In this document: positions 1 through 11,897 of the stretch, one piece after another
How the letters are laid out: every line of letters starts with the position of its first letter
How positions within the stretch are numbered: the stretch's first letter is position 1
Notes under the pieces: generated by a model
The model's database searches: none
Told to the model about the DNA's origin: nothing
The model's input: only the letters and a program-made list of their open reading frames with translations
DNA from: Basidiobolus meristosporus CBS 931.73
Lineage: Eukaryota > Fungi > Basidiobolomycota
Assembly (NCBI GenBank): GCA_002104905.1
Contig: MCFE01000157.1
Location: forward strand, 87,422 to 151,421
DNA length: 64,000 bases
Direction: 5' to 3'
Made by a program: the position numbers and the translations under genes

Positions 1-1640
1 TCTCAATGCACTTTCACTTATTTGTGCAGATCTATCTGGCCAATACTTCCAATTGCCTTATATGGCAAGAAACTTGATGGTCCTCTGCTGGCCTCATTGC
101 TAACCTCTGCTGGCATTATCACAGCAGTACAGTGCCCTACCAATAGCTCTGTATAATGCTGCTGTACTAGTTTACCAAATGGTATTTTCCATTTCTACCT
201 TGCCTTGCACCATTTATATATTCCACTGTAGAATTACCACTTCTTATTTGCTTACTCACTACTTCCTTGGGTATTTTACCTACAGTTTGAATCAGAAAAA
301 AACTATTGCCTCCTGCTTACTGACCTCTACATGCATGCATGCCTGCTGAAATTGACACAATCTATAACCTCAACTTTACAACTCTTTAGTGTGATATTTA
401 CAGAGTTGCCATATATCTTGTATTACTGCTAGCATATACATCTTACAAACATATGCTTGGTTGCTGCCACTTTTGCAATAAATACCACCTGAATATTTGC
501 AAAAAGCCTTATGGTATTTTGCCAATATGTTCCTTCTCCCTGATAAGGTCTAGTCCCCCTAGTAGGTGCATACTGGCTCATGTTTGTGGGGATGCTCTAT
601 TGAATAGCACAGAAATTAGCTTGTGATCAGGAGAAGCCTGGCATACTTTGGTGGAGCTGTGTTGATGAAAATTAGTTTCTTGTTGCACTAAACCTAACTC
701 TGCATTACCTCACTGATTACTGATGCATTGGGTCTGCTTAGATTCATATTGGCAAGGACATAAGTGTCTTCATATGCACATCTGTCCTCAGTATTTCTCA
801 ACTCTTGCTGGCTGTCTTCCATGTCCCAATTCATTAAATCCCTGATAGACTTGAAGGTAATACTCTTAATGAGATTAGGATATGGCAGTGTCCTGCAACT
901 TGACTTGTACTCCTATCTCCTCACACATCTGCTCCATAGGAAACTTCCATAAGGTGAGGCAAGGCTTAGCACACCAACACCACACCAAGCAAGATGGGGT
1001 ATAGAATGGAAACAGTAGCTGCAGCAATCTGTGAACTCAGCTTTATGCTTGTTGTATGGCTGCTCAAGTCCTGTTACAAAGCCCTTGCATAAAAGCTGTA
1101 GATGTGTCAAGTTACCATTAGTGATCTACTTCTAGTAAAATATTTCTACAACATCAACATATGACTCTCAATGCTTCCAGTATACTCTTGGTAAATATGG
1201 CATCAGAAGGCCACTTGAATAAACACACATCCATCTCAACCAGCCCTTGCATATGGGTGTCAATTTAGATTGGAGCTTGTGACAAGTACTTTAGGTAGCA
1301 GATACTGTGAAATATCTTGTCAATTCTTACAGATTTCTCCAGTATCTCAATGGGCTCATACTAATTGAAGTGGCCCATGCACACCTTGATCATTAGTATA
1401 GGGATATTGTGGAAAAGTAAATGAATTGCTTTCAGTGGAAAGCATTTGCTCTGACTTCTGAAGATTCCCTCTGCAGGAAGAAGATGCTCATAATGTTGGT
1501 ATTTGGATAATCATATTGTGTGAGAGCGATGGAGTAAATATCCTGTGTCTCACAAATTCAACAGCAATACCATCCATTGTGCCCAGAAAAGCCAGCTATC
1601 TTGCTGATGGCTGTGGTATCACTAATGCTCATAGTAACTG
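1..1640 (-). mobile_element. Degenerate CACTA/EnSpm-like transposase fragment (3' half), inverted relative to the copy at ~12-15 kb
   Basis: Reverse complement aligns by eye with 13110-15060 (peptide YNKHKAEFTDCCSYCFHSIPHLAWC vs YYKHKAECVDLCCYCIHSLLHLAWC); many stops and frameshifts; CpG-poor. Confidence 0.75.
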
Positions 1641-1659
1641 GTAAGTCTCTGCAGATCTG

Positions 1660-3960
1660 CAAGCTGACCACAATGCCCTGGCAGATGGGAATGTAGCAAA
1701 TGCAGTACCCTCAATTGTAGACCAGCAAGTGGCCATCCTACCTCTACCACCACCTGTATTGGCAAGTATTTGGTCAGCTCATACCAAGGCATTAATGATG
1801 CAATTAGGTTCAGTGGCTAATAAAATAGATTCAATGGACCAGAGAAATCAGGAAACAGTCCAGAAACTGGATGAGCAGATAATATGTAAAGAGCAGGCAA
1901 TATTCCAGGTAGAGAACTCAGTTTCCTTACTACACAAAAAGGAACACAAGTAGCTCAATGTAACAGCCAAGAATTGATCCATTACACAATATAAGAGTAC
2001 AGGAACACTGTACAGTTTTTGAAGCACAACTACTGTGCCCAAAGATAAAGCCCACAGAAAAACCTATCAGAGCATGGGTGGGAGACAATATGGTGTTTAT
2101 ACCATAGTTTCAAAATCAAAAGACATTGAAGATCCATGAAGCTGTTGAGTGCAATAATGAAGAGTGGGCTAATATACAAGAGGCCTTAAGAAGTCTAGCA
2201 TGCCATCACCTGAAGGTTGGCATACCATGTAACCATCAGGAACTGAGGGCCAAACAAAATGCACTTGACTTGTTCCATGAGCATTATTCTGGATTCAAAC
2301 AGGCAAACTGATTTTGGGCCAGCATTGGTATGCTAAGAAAGTATTGTAAGAATAGTAGAGATTATCAAAGGCAGAAGCACAAGGGTGCCATGGCTGAAAA
2401 CCAGCGGCTTCCTCAAGAGCCCTTTATAAGCAGGGCCAAAAGCTTCAGACAAGTGTTGAAGAGACATCAGGTAGCTGGAAGAGTGCCAATAAGGAAGAGG
2501 CAGGCAGACACAGATGCCCCAACACAACATTTATCAAAGAGAAAGTGTAGCTCCACTAAAGAATCACTCAGTCAAATTAGCACAATAACAGTGAAGGACT
2601 TGACAGTGATATAAACCCACAGCTTTCTCAGGAGCCTGTCACAAGTAGGGCCAGAAGCTCCAAGCAAGTGGTAAAGAAACATTAGGTTGGCAAGAGATTA
2701 CTAGCAAGGAGCAAGCAGGCAAAAACAGATGTACCAGTTCAGCATTCATTAAAGAGAAAACAAAGTACAATACAAGAAGCACTTGGGCATTAGTATGCTA
2801 GGAAAGTATCCCAAGAATAGCAGAAACTATCAAAGGCAGAAGAACAAAGGCATCAAAGCTAAAAACAAGTGGCCTGATCAGGTGCTTGTCACCAGCACAG
2901 CTAAAAGCTCCAAACAAGCAGCAAAGAGATGTCAGGTAGCCTGATGGGTGCCAGTTAGAGACCAGCAGGTAGAAACAGAGACATGTGCGGAGAATTTATC
3001 TCAAAGAGAATGTAATTAAATACAAGAGGCACTCAGTCACAGTACCAATGAAGGACTTAGCAGTGATAAAAGCCTGTGGCTTTGTCAGGATGCTGTCACA
3101 AACAGGGCTGATAATTCCTAGCAAGTGGCTAAGAACTGTCAGGTTGCTGGGAGAGTACTAACTAGCATCAAGCAGGCACAAACAGAATTGCCAGTGCATC
3201 ATTCATCATGGAAAAAAACAGAGTACAATACAAGAAGCACTCAGTCAAAGTAGCAGCAAAGGGCTTGGCATTGATAAAGGTAAAGGTGAGAGAAAAAGGT
3301 CTACCCAGCCAGACACCAGGAAGGGTGAGAAAAGTGCTGTAGTTCTCACCAATTAATGCCATCAGCCCAGAACATGCTGAATTCCATCACAGCCAAGAAC
3401 AGTTACCAACAAGATATCAGCCAGTTGAGTTACACTCCAGTGAGGTAGATGAGTTTACCAATAAAAGCAATTTGTCTACTACTTCCTCTATGTCCTCCAT
3501 TGTAGGCACAGTGAAGATTCAATTGACAGACAAAGTGACATCATCAAGAACTCAAGTGACTATCATTGTACCTAGAGTGGAATTTTGGAACATTAATAGG
3601 CACACCAAGAGGTTGCAGCACTTCTTTAAGTGCATTGCTCAAGAAAATGCACTTGAATATTACAAGAATTTATTGCAAAAGCTGGCAGTTGAAGTGCTAT
3701 ATCTTGCAGTGTCAACTGAAAACCAGGATGTACGGGAACTAGTGAATGAACAATTGCAGAAAGCTGCAGGGCTACTGCCAAAGCTATGGAAAAAAGTTAT
3801 TACAGCAGAAATACTAGTTGAGTGGTGGATTTTAATGGAGTTACTTGTGGAGTGTGCAGCTGGGATTAATATTAGTGTAGAGTATAGGGAATTTTTAGGT
3901 CAATACAATCGACAATTGAGGTACAACTGAAGCTTAATAGAAATAAATTAATTTGTATGG
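1660..3960 (+). repeat. Repeat family A copy 1: degraded coding-like accessory ORF of the CACTA-like element
   Basis: Peptide fragments PPPVLAS..AHTKAL, EWANIQEALRSLACHHLK, ASIGML.KY.KNSRDYQRQK and VEFWNINRHT recur in three more copies; internal sub-repeats at 2330-3240. Confidence 0.7.
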
Positions 3961-5344
3961 ATGAAAAGTAAGAAAAACAGTTGAGTCAGGAAGTAAGGGG
4001 TATGAAAAAGCAGCAAAAGCCAATTGATGTACACAAATGTAGAAGGTGATTGACTGTCTATGGTCTCAAAGTGAGAGAACTAGCAGAGGACCAACCAAAA
4101 GCCACTTGTGTGTTGTTGTGATGAAAATTTTTTACAAACTTTTCTGATAAATATGGGGTGCATTAGTTTTCCACCATTTCTAACAGTGTCCTGATGGTAT
4201 CAATACCTCTTAGTCTCAGGACTTTATCTTTGTGATGGCCTTTGGATGAAACTATCACAAATATTTTTCATAGGGCTCTACCATCTTGCTTTGTGTCTAT
4301 TTATCACAATTTATCAGACTGCTCTTAACTGACCTATGGATCTCTGCCTTCTACCCAAAACTTGTGAGTAAGCTTATAAAGGAGTACCAACCATCTGTGT
4401 TACCCTGAGGCTTTCCCTGTCTTGTCCTCCCAAGCTGAAGATGCTTCATTGTTGTAAAGTTTTTGGCCAAAGCTGTATACACTGTATTATTCTTCCGGTG
4501 TAGTTTACAGCTGTACAGTATTGGGTCTTCAGCTCAATACTCTATCAAAGGACATCAAAGCCAGTACCCTTTGAAGTAATTCTAACTTATTTAAAGTTGA
4601 GGATTGTGGTTGAAAACTGTCTTATTGACAAATCCATGTCTTTAATACCCACACATTAGCTATTAGTATCTGTGGTAATGGAAAGTATTCCATTACTACA
4701 ATATCTCAAAACCACTATTGGACTCATTTCTTTATTTTACTTTTTACTATTGTAACACACAAGTGAAAGATCAAGAAATTCCATCTTTGAAGGACAAATA
4801 GTCCATACCCTGACAAGCAATCCACCCAAGAATATTATGTCATACAGAAAATGCAGTAGCCAACATATGTTTCAAATTACAGCTCATTTGAAGCAGTACT
4901 TAAGGAGTTATAACCAAAAGAGTCCAATTATTATATATACTATGCCTCTATTGCTAGGATTACTATGGTGACTTTGATTGTGTGTAACTTTTGAACCAGC
5001 AAGTGCAATCATGTGAAATTTCTACAGGTGCTGCACCCATGTTCAATCTGCACTACTGCAAAATTTAGCTTTAAATCACATGTATTGCTTGCGCAATTGC
5101 CAAAAACTTTGATCCTTCAGAGATTTCATATATATGACTTCCCCAGCTGAAAAATAAAGGAGAGCCTCTCTTTCCAGAACCTCCACACTATGATTACAAG
5201 TTTAAAGGTTATAAGACTTCCCCTGCATCACTTGAACTGTTGAGTATTCTGACTTAATTGGTACTACATCAGTGAAGAGACTACAAAGCTCATAAGAATC
5301 CAATCTAAGTTCTAAAAGAAAAGTACTACTTTTCTGTTGGAAAA

Positions 5345-5680
5345 GTCCCCTCTAAGAAGCTGCTTTACTCTAAAGACACCCCTTTAGAGACCTCTTTAAG
5401 AAACCCCTTTACTCTAAAGAAGCCCTTTTAGGCACCCCCTTTTATAAAGTCCACCTTAGAGACCACTACAAGAAGCCACTTTACTCTAAAGACACCCCTT
5501 TAGAGACCCCCTTAAGAATCCCCTTTACTCTAAAAAAGCCCCTTTAGGCACCCCTTTAGTGTTAAGTCCACTTTAGAGACCATTACAAGAAGCCCTTTTA
5601 CTCCAAAGACACCCCTTTAGGTGTCAAGACCCCTTTAGGGACTTATACACCACACCCCTTTAGCTCAAAGGGGAGTTTAA
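5345..5680. repeat. Tandem ~116-117 bp higher-order repeat with 8-bp-stem hairpins
   Basis: CTCTAAAG-ACACCC-CTTTAGAG at 5368 and 5484, degenerate third copy at 5601; built from short CCCCTTTA-type monomers. Confidence 0.8.
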
Positions 5681-5959
5681 ATTTCCATATTTGAAGATAT
5701 TATCTCAGAAAGATAAGAGTGAATATGCTCAATAGTCAACAGAAGGTCAGAACACTGCTGCAGTAGTGAGAATCATGGCCTATAGTATATTTTGAGCCAT
5801 TGATTGAGGATATTAGTGAAAGTTGTATCTTCTATTGGTATATCAAACACCCAATTAACTATTTCAGTATTAGCATACTGGAAGTTGTTGTATATTGTTG
5901 ATTAGCCTCTAATTGCAGAACAAGCCCCAAACTAATCATAATACAACACAACATATTCA

Positions 5960-7837
5960 GTATTCCTGAGTCTGCCCAAGCAACCTCTCCACCTCCTGCT
6001 ACCTTGTCATGTCCAGCCTAGTGTACAACTTTGCAAGTCTCATGGCTGCCTATGCCCAGCTGCATCAGGACAATGAATACCTCAGGACACCTTGCAATAC
6101 TCAAGTGCATTTTCTTGAGCTCAGCTCTTGAAGACATGCTGTAACCTCTTGGTGTGCTTATCAATATTCCAAAATCCCACTGAAGACATTGTGATAGCCT
6201 TTTGAGTTCTTGAATTGTTGCTTTGTCTGTGAGTGAGATCTCCACTCTGTCAATAATGGAGAATGTGGAGGCTGTGGTAGACAAATTGCCTTTCTCTGCA
6301 ACCTCATTTACCTCACTCAAGTGTGGCTCAACTGACCATGCTTCCAACTTTGTTTAAGTGCTTCTTGTAATGAACTACATTTTCTTCTTGATAAATGCTG
6401 CTCTAATGCATCTTTATTGGCCTGCTTGTCCCTTACTGGAACTCTGCAGGCAACCCAATGCTTCTTTCCTGCTTGTTTTGAGCTCTAAGCCCATGCTGTG
6501 ATGGGCTCCTGAGGTAGCTGCAGGTATTTATCACTGCCAGGTCCCAGGAGTGCTTCTTAAGTGGAACTATACTTTTCCTTGAGAAATATTTTGCTGGTGT
6601 GTCTGTGTCTGCTTGCTTGTCCCAATTGGCACTCTTCCAATTGCCTTATGTCTCTTTGCTGCTTATTTAGAGCTTTTGGCCCTGCTTGTGACTGGCTCTG
6701 GAGGAAGCTGCTGGTTTTTAGTCATTGCACCCTTGCTCTTCTGCCTTTGATAGTTTCTGCTATTATTGAGATACTTACTTAGTAAACCAATGCTGGCCCA
6801 AAGTCTGTTTTCTTGTTTGAGTCCAGGATAATGGTAATGCAACAAGTCAAGCACATTCTGCATGACCTAGAGTTCCTGATGGTTCTATTGAATGCCAGCC
6901 TTGAGGTGTTGGCATGCTACACTTCTAAAGGCCTCTTGTTTATTAGTCCACTTTTCATCATTGCACTCAATGTCTTCACAGATCTTCAATGTTTTTTGAT
7001 TTTAGAGCTTGGTATAAACACTACATTTTCCCCCTCAAATGCTGTAATAGGTTTTTCTCTAGGCTTATCTTTGAGCACTGCTGATGTGCTTCAAGGACTG
7101 TACAGTGTTCCTCTGCTGTTACATCGAGAGATGGCTCAATTCTTGGCTGTGGCATTAAGCAACTTGAGTTCCTTCTTTGCAGCAAAAATACTGCTTTCTC
7201 TACCCAGGATATTGATTGGTCAACACATATTATTTGCTCATTATGTTTCTGGGCTATTTCCTGAATAATCTGGGCCTTTTCATCTCTCCTATCAGCCACT
7301 GCACCTGATTGTCTCATTAATGCTCTGGTATGAGCTGACAGCATACTTGCTAATACAGGTGGTGATGATGCTATGACAGCCAATTGCTGGTCTTCAACTG
7401 TAGGTACTGCTTTTGCTACATTCTCATCTGCCTCAGCATTATGATCAGCTTGCAGCTCTGCAAAGATTTCCAGTGACCTACTTAACTGAGAGCCTGAGGA
7501 GTTCCCATTATTACCTTCAGTGGACATACTGTTCACAGGGCCTTTTTTGATTGTAGCCCCACTTGTTGCACTGAATGTCAATGCATGCTGTTGTCCAAGC
7601 ATTCTTTGGCTGCAGTCAGTGATGGGGTTTGGTTGGGAACCAGACACCTTTGCCTCATTTTTTGGCAGCATATTTATGGAAGTGAGTCAAGCCAAAGGGG
7701 AAACAGTGTTACATATATGTGTATCTGTGGTGCCACAAATTTATTTGTAATGCTTACTATGGCAGGTCATTATTGAGCCTTACATTTATTTAGGTTCAAT
7801 GTCTCAAATACAAGATTATCTTAAATTCACCTGATTA
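5960..7837 (-). repeat. Repeat family A copy 2
   Basis: Minus-strand ORFs 6018-6347, 6663-6863 and 7021-7671 carry the same peptide motifs as copy 1. Confidence 0.75.
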
Positions 7838-9736
7838 TTAACAGGTAGAGATTAGCTCAATTGGACCAAATGGTCCAATTGTATTTGATTTAATTTGACC
7901 TCATAGCAAGGATATATGAAGTCTAAATGAAGTTTGTGAAATCTCTCTGGTATGCACTTTGTGCTGGTACTTAGATTTTTCACAATGGTTGCAAATACTT
8001 TGGCTTATATTGCCTTTACTGGAGCAACCTTTGGCAAATTTTAATTGGACCAAATGGTCCAACACTTCATTGATGAATAATGGGTATGGCTTTAAGCAAT
8101 TATATTTCAAACATTTAATAGCCAATCCTACTAACTGCTAAGAATTATTGAGCATCATTTGTTTTTTCATATACCACCTTCAAGTGCCTAGTATAGCAGT
8201 CCTTACACCTTGGGTGGCCAGGGTTGCAACTGCATAAAAACTCAACCCTAGTGCCTGTAACATGAGTGGTAGACAAGTTTTGCAAGCTAATCTATGGTAC
8301 TTTGAGCCATAAGCTTTACTCATTGACAGGTAAGTGTGATTTTCATCACATCTGAGTTGCCTCTGACTACCCAATGGCCCCTTGATGTCTGAACCAGCCA
8401 ACCTCTTACAATATTGCAAGAAATTGTATGCTAAAATATCCTAAATAATCGTATGGCCAGTACCAAACCAAGGCTTGACTAATTGCTTGCAGTGGAAGTC
8501 AACTTGGACATACCAGGATCATTGTCATATTCCTTCTGTAACTAATCACTCACTGCATCTATTCTCAGGAAACAAGCAGTATTATGGTATGCTAAAGTCT
8601 TGAACTCCTGTTTGATGGGAAGTGGCTTTCACAAGACTTTCTTAACTTTGGGAAAACCAGCTGCTAACCATTGATTCATTGATTCATCAATGACTAAATA
8701 CTTGCAGGGCTCTGAACAAGTTGTCATGTGCTCATTAAAGGCATCAGTATTTGATCTAATTTGATAAAGAACATCAATTTCTTGATGTTCATGGGAAGGG
8801 ATTCCAAGAATGTGCACTTTTAGAATCTGTTTAAATCTTCTATATGACATATATTCTGTAAAGTCAATGCTCAGTAAGAAATGAGAAGAAGCCTGCTTCC
8901 AGTAAGCTTTTTTGTTGGAATGATTGATTAATGCAATCCACTTCATGTACTTGGCAAATGCAATGTCAGTCCAGGGGCCAATGCTAGTTGCATAAGTATT
9001 AATCGTACAAATGATAGTGCAAAAGTGATGTAAAGGGAGGAAGAACAAGAATTAATCCAGTGGTGAGGCATTTCTAGCATTTTTCATATTTAACCAAGCT
9101 TTACAGAGGTAAAACCATGAGCTGGCCCACTTGTATGGGAATCAATATATACTTCCTTAGTTATCCAGGTGTCTGCTGCAGTAAGGTCACTTTCATCTTC
9201 CTCCTGCTCCTCTTCTTGGATTGCATCCTCCAATAGGTCTTCAGTAACAATACTCTTGGTAGTATTAGCAGTTGCATGTTCAATGTTTCCCAAGGTATCA
9301 TTACTGTTGGCCTTGATATACTTTAAAAAGTTTTGTAAAAGAGTTAATGTACTCCCTGGTACCAGATTCAAAATTACATCATTTTTCACATTGCTGTTAA
9401 CTGTTGAGTGTGGAGTGGTAACCCACTTGAAGCTCAAACTAAGTGTATTCCAGTCAAAATGCAGAGATAAAAGTTGTTTAACTTCCTTATGTTTGATAAA
9501 TTGCTTGGATACTGATACATGCACATTAACATCAAGATGTTTACTGGCAGGAGGCATGGTTTAAGTCTTAAGTAAAGATAAAACAAATTTGACAAATTAT
9601 CAAAGCAACTCCAAAAAATAAATATCAGATTCTTGTTCATCAGAATATGATATGAAACAAACAAAACAAGACACCCATCCAGAAAAAATATTGTACTAAT
9701 TAGATCAAATGATCCGGCCAATTCTCTACTTGTTAA
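7838..9736 (-). mobile_element. piggyBac-like DNA transposon (pseudogenised transposase) with TTAA target-site duplication
   Basis: TTAA at 7838-7841 and 9733-9736; terminal inverted repeats CAGGTAGAGA and TCTCTACTTG (9/10 match); ORF 8629-9048 has MSYRRFKQI and LVIDESM, typical of PGBD/DDE_Tnp_1_7; the flanks rejoin to match the uninterrupted sequence at ~11790-11900. Confidence 0.85.
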
Positions 9737-9990
9737 CAAAAAGTGATATAAAAGCGTTATGTTATTGAGTGTCAAATGATTGCCCATTGACCAGACTACT
9801 TTGGCCCAACACCATATGAGAAGCAAAAAAAAGGCTATGTTGCTCTTGTTGCAAGTCTCTCAGCCAAGAAGCATGCAGACAGAAGTAAAAAGTGGTACAA
9901 AGCTCATGGCCAGTGTTTTGCCACACAAGTTACATTTGACCATTGCCTAGTCACTACTTTACCTACAAAATCTTGTCAGCCACTTGATAC
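9737..9990 (+). mobile_element. 5' fragment of the CACTA-like transposase gene, continuing the element interrupted by the piggyBac insertion
   Basis: Homologous to 11846-12110 (promoter plus Cys/His-rich N-terminal coding region). Confidence 0.7.
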
Positions 9991-9999
9991 TTCTATAAG

Positions 10000-11850
10000 T
10001 TTTGAGCTCCTAACACTATAGCCTTGTCTGTCAGTGGGATCTTCCCTCTGTTAACAATGGAGGATGTGGAGGCTGTGGTAGAAGAATTGCCTTTTTCAGC
10101 AAACTCATCTACCTTATTGGAGTGTAGCTCAACTTGCTACGCTTCCAACTCCTGAGAAAACAGCTGCTTTCTTGCTGGTAATTCTTCTTAGCTATGATGG
10201 GACTCAGTCTGGTTCTGGCTTATGGCATTAATTGGCAAGAGCTACAGTTTTTTAGCATGCCTCCCTGTCTCAGGCTTGGGTAAACATTTTTCCCATTGCC
10301 TTTTCCTTTATCACTGCCAGGTATTTCAATGCTACTTTGTCTGAGTGCTTCTTTTAAAGAACTATGTTTTCTCCTGAATAAATTCAGCTCTGAAGCATCT
10401 GTTTTGGCCTGCTTATCCCTTCCTGGCACTCTTCTGGCAGCCTGAAGTTTCTTTTCTGCTTATTTTGAGCTCTCACCATAGTTGTGACAGGCTCCTGTAA
10501 AAGGGGCTGCTTTTATCACAGCCAGGTCCTTCACTGCTACTTTGACTGGGTGCTTCTTGAGTGGTACTATGCTTTTTCCTTAATAAACATTGTGCTGCTG
10601 CATCCATGTCTGCCTGCTTGTCCCTAATTGGCACTCTTCCAGCTACCTGATGTCTCTTTGATGCTTGTCTGGAGCTTTTGGCCCTGCTTGTAATGGGCAC
10701 TTGAGGAAGCCGCTGGTTTTTAGCCATGGCACCCTTGTTCTTCTGCCTTTGATAGTCTCTGCTATTTTTAAGATACTGTCTTAGCATACCAATGCTGGCC
10801 CAAAATCAGTTTGCCCATTTGAATCCAGGATAATACTCATGGAACAAGTCAAGTGCATTTGGTTTGGCCTTGAGTTTCTGATAGTTACATGCTATGCTGG
10901 CCTTCAGGTGATGGCATGCTAGACTTCTTAAGGCCTCTTGTATATTAGCCCACTCTTTATAATTGCACTCAATGGCTCCACGGATCTTCAATGTCTTTGA
11001 TTTTGAAACTTTGGTATAAACACCATATTGTCTCCCTCCCAGGCTGTGATAGGTTTTTCTGTGGGCTTTATCAATGGGCACTGTTGTTGTGCTTCAAAGA
11101 CTGTACAGTGTTTCTCTGCTGTTACATTGGGAAATGGCTCAACTCTTGGCTGTGACATTGAGCTACTTGAGTTCCTTCTTTGCAGCAAAGATACTGCTTT
11201 CTCTATCTGGGATATTGATTGCTCTACATATATTATTGGCTCATCCTGTTTCTGGACTATTTCCTGATTACTCTGGGCCATTGCATCTATCCCACCAGCC
11301 ACTGCACCTAATTGCTTTATTAATGCTTTGGTATGAGCTGATAACATACTTGCTAATATAGGTGGTGGTGATGTTATCATGGCCACTTGCGATCTTCAAC
11401 AGAGGGTACTGCATTTGCTACATGCTCCTCTGCCTGAGCATAATGGTCAGCTTGTGGCTCTGCAGAGGTTCTTAATTGCCTACTTGACTGAGAGCCTGAG
11501 GAGTCTGCATTATTACCTTCAATGGGCACACTGTCCACAGGACCCTTTTTGGAATATAGTCCTGCTTGTTGCTCTTGAATGTCAAAGCAAGCTGTTGTCC
11601 AACCATTCTTCTGTTACCATCAGCAGTGGGGTTTGGTTGAGAACCAGAAAACTTTGCTTTAACTTTTGGCGGCATATATATGGAAGTGAGTCAAACCAAA
11701 GTGAAAATAGTGTTACATATACATGTTTATGCGGTGCCAAAACTTTATTTATAATGCTTACTATGGTGGGTCATCATTAAATCTTACATTTATGTAGGTA
11801 AAATGTCTGAAATACATGACTGTCTTAAGTTCACATGAGTATTGACCAAA
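10000..11850 (-). repeat. Repeat family A copy 3, divergently oriented to the CACTA transposase
   Basis: ORFs 10473-10787, 10806-11081, 10988-11386 and 11472-11675 carry family A motifs. Confidence 0.75.
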
Positions 11851-11897
11851 AAGTGATATAATAGCAATATATTGTTGAAGGTCAAACTGTTTGCCCC

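Noticed and set aside
4000-5340. Possible RT remnant (minus-strand LCSLFTDVVP resembling Penelope SLFT.VP)
   Set aside because: A single short motif with no supporting downstream motifs; left unassigned.
5345-5680. CRISPR-like array (also considered for 62814-62940)
   Set aside because: Eukaryotic context, no unique spacers, no cas genes; the inter-repeat sequences are themselves repeated.
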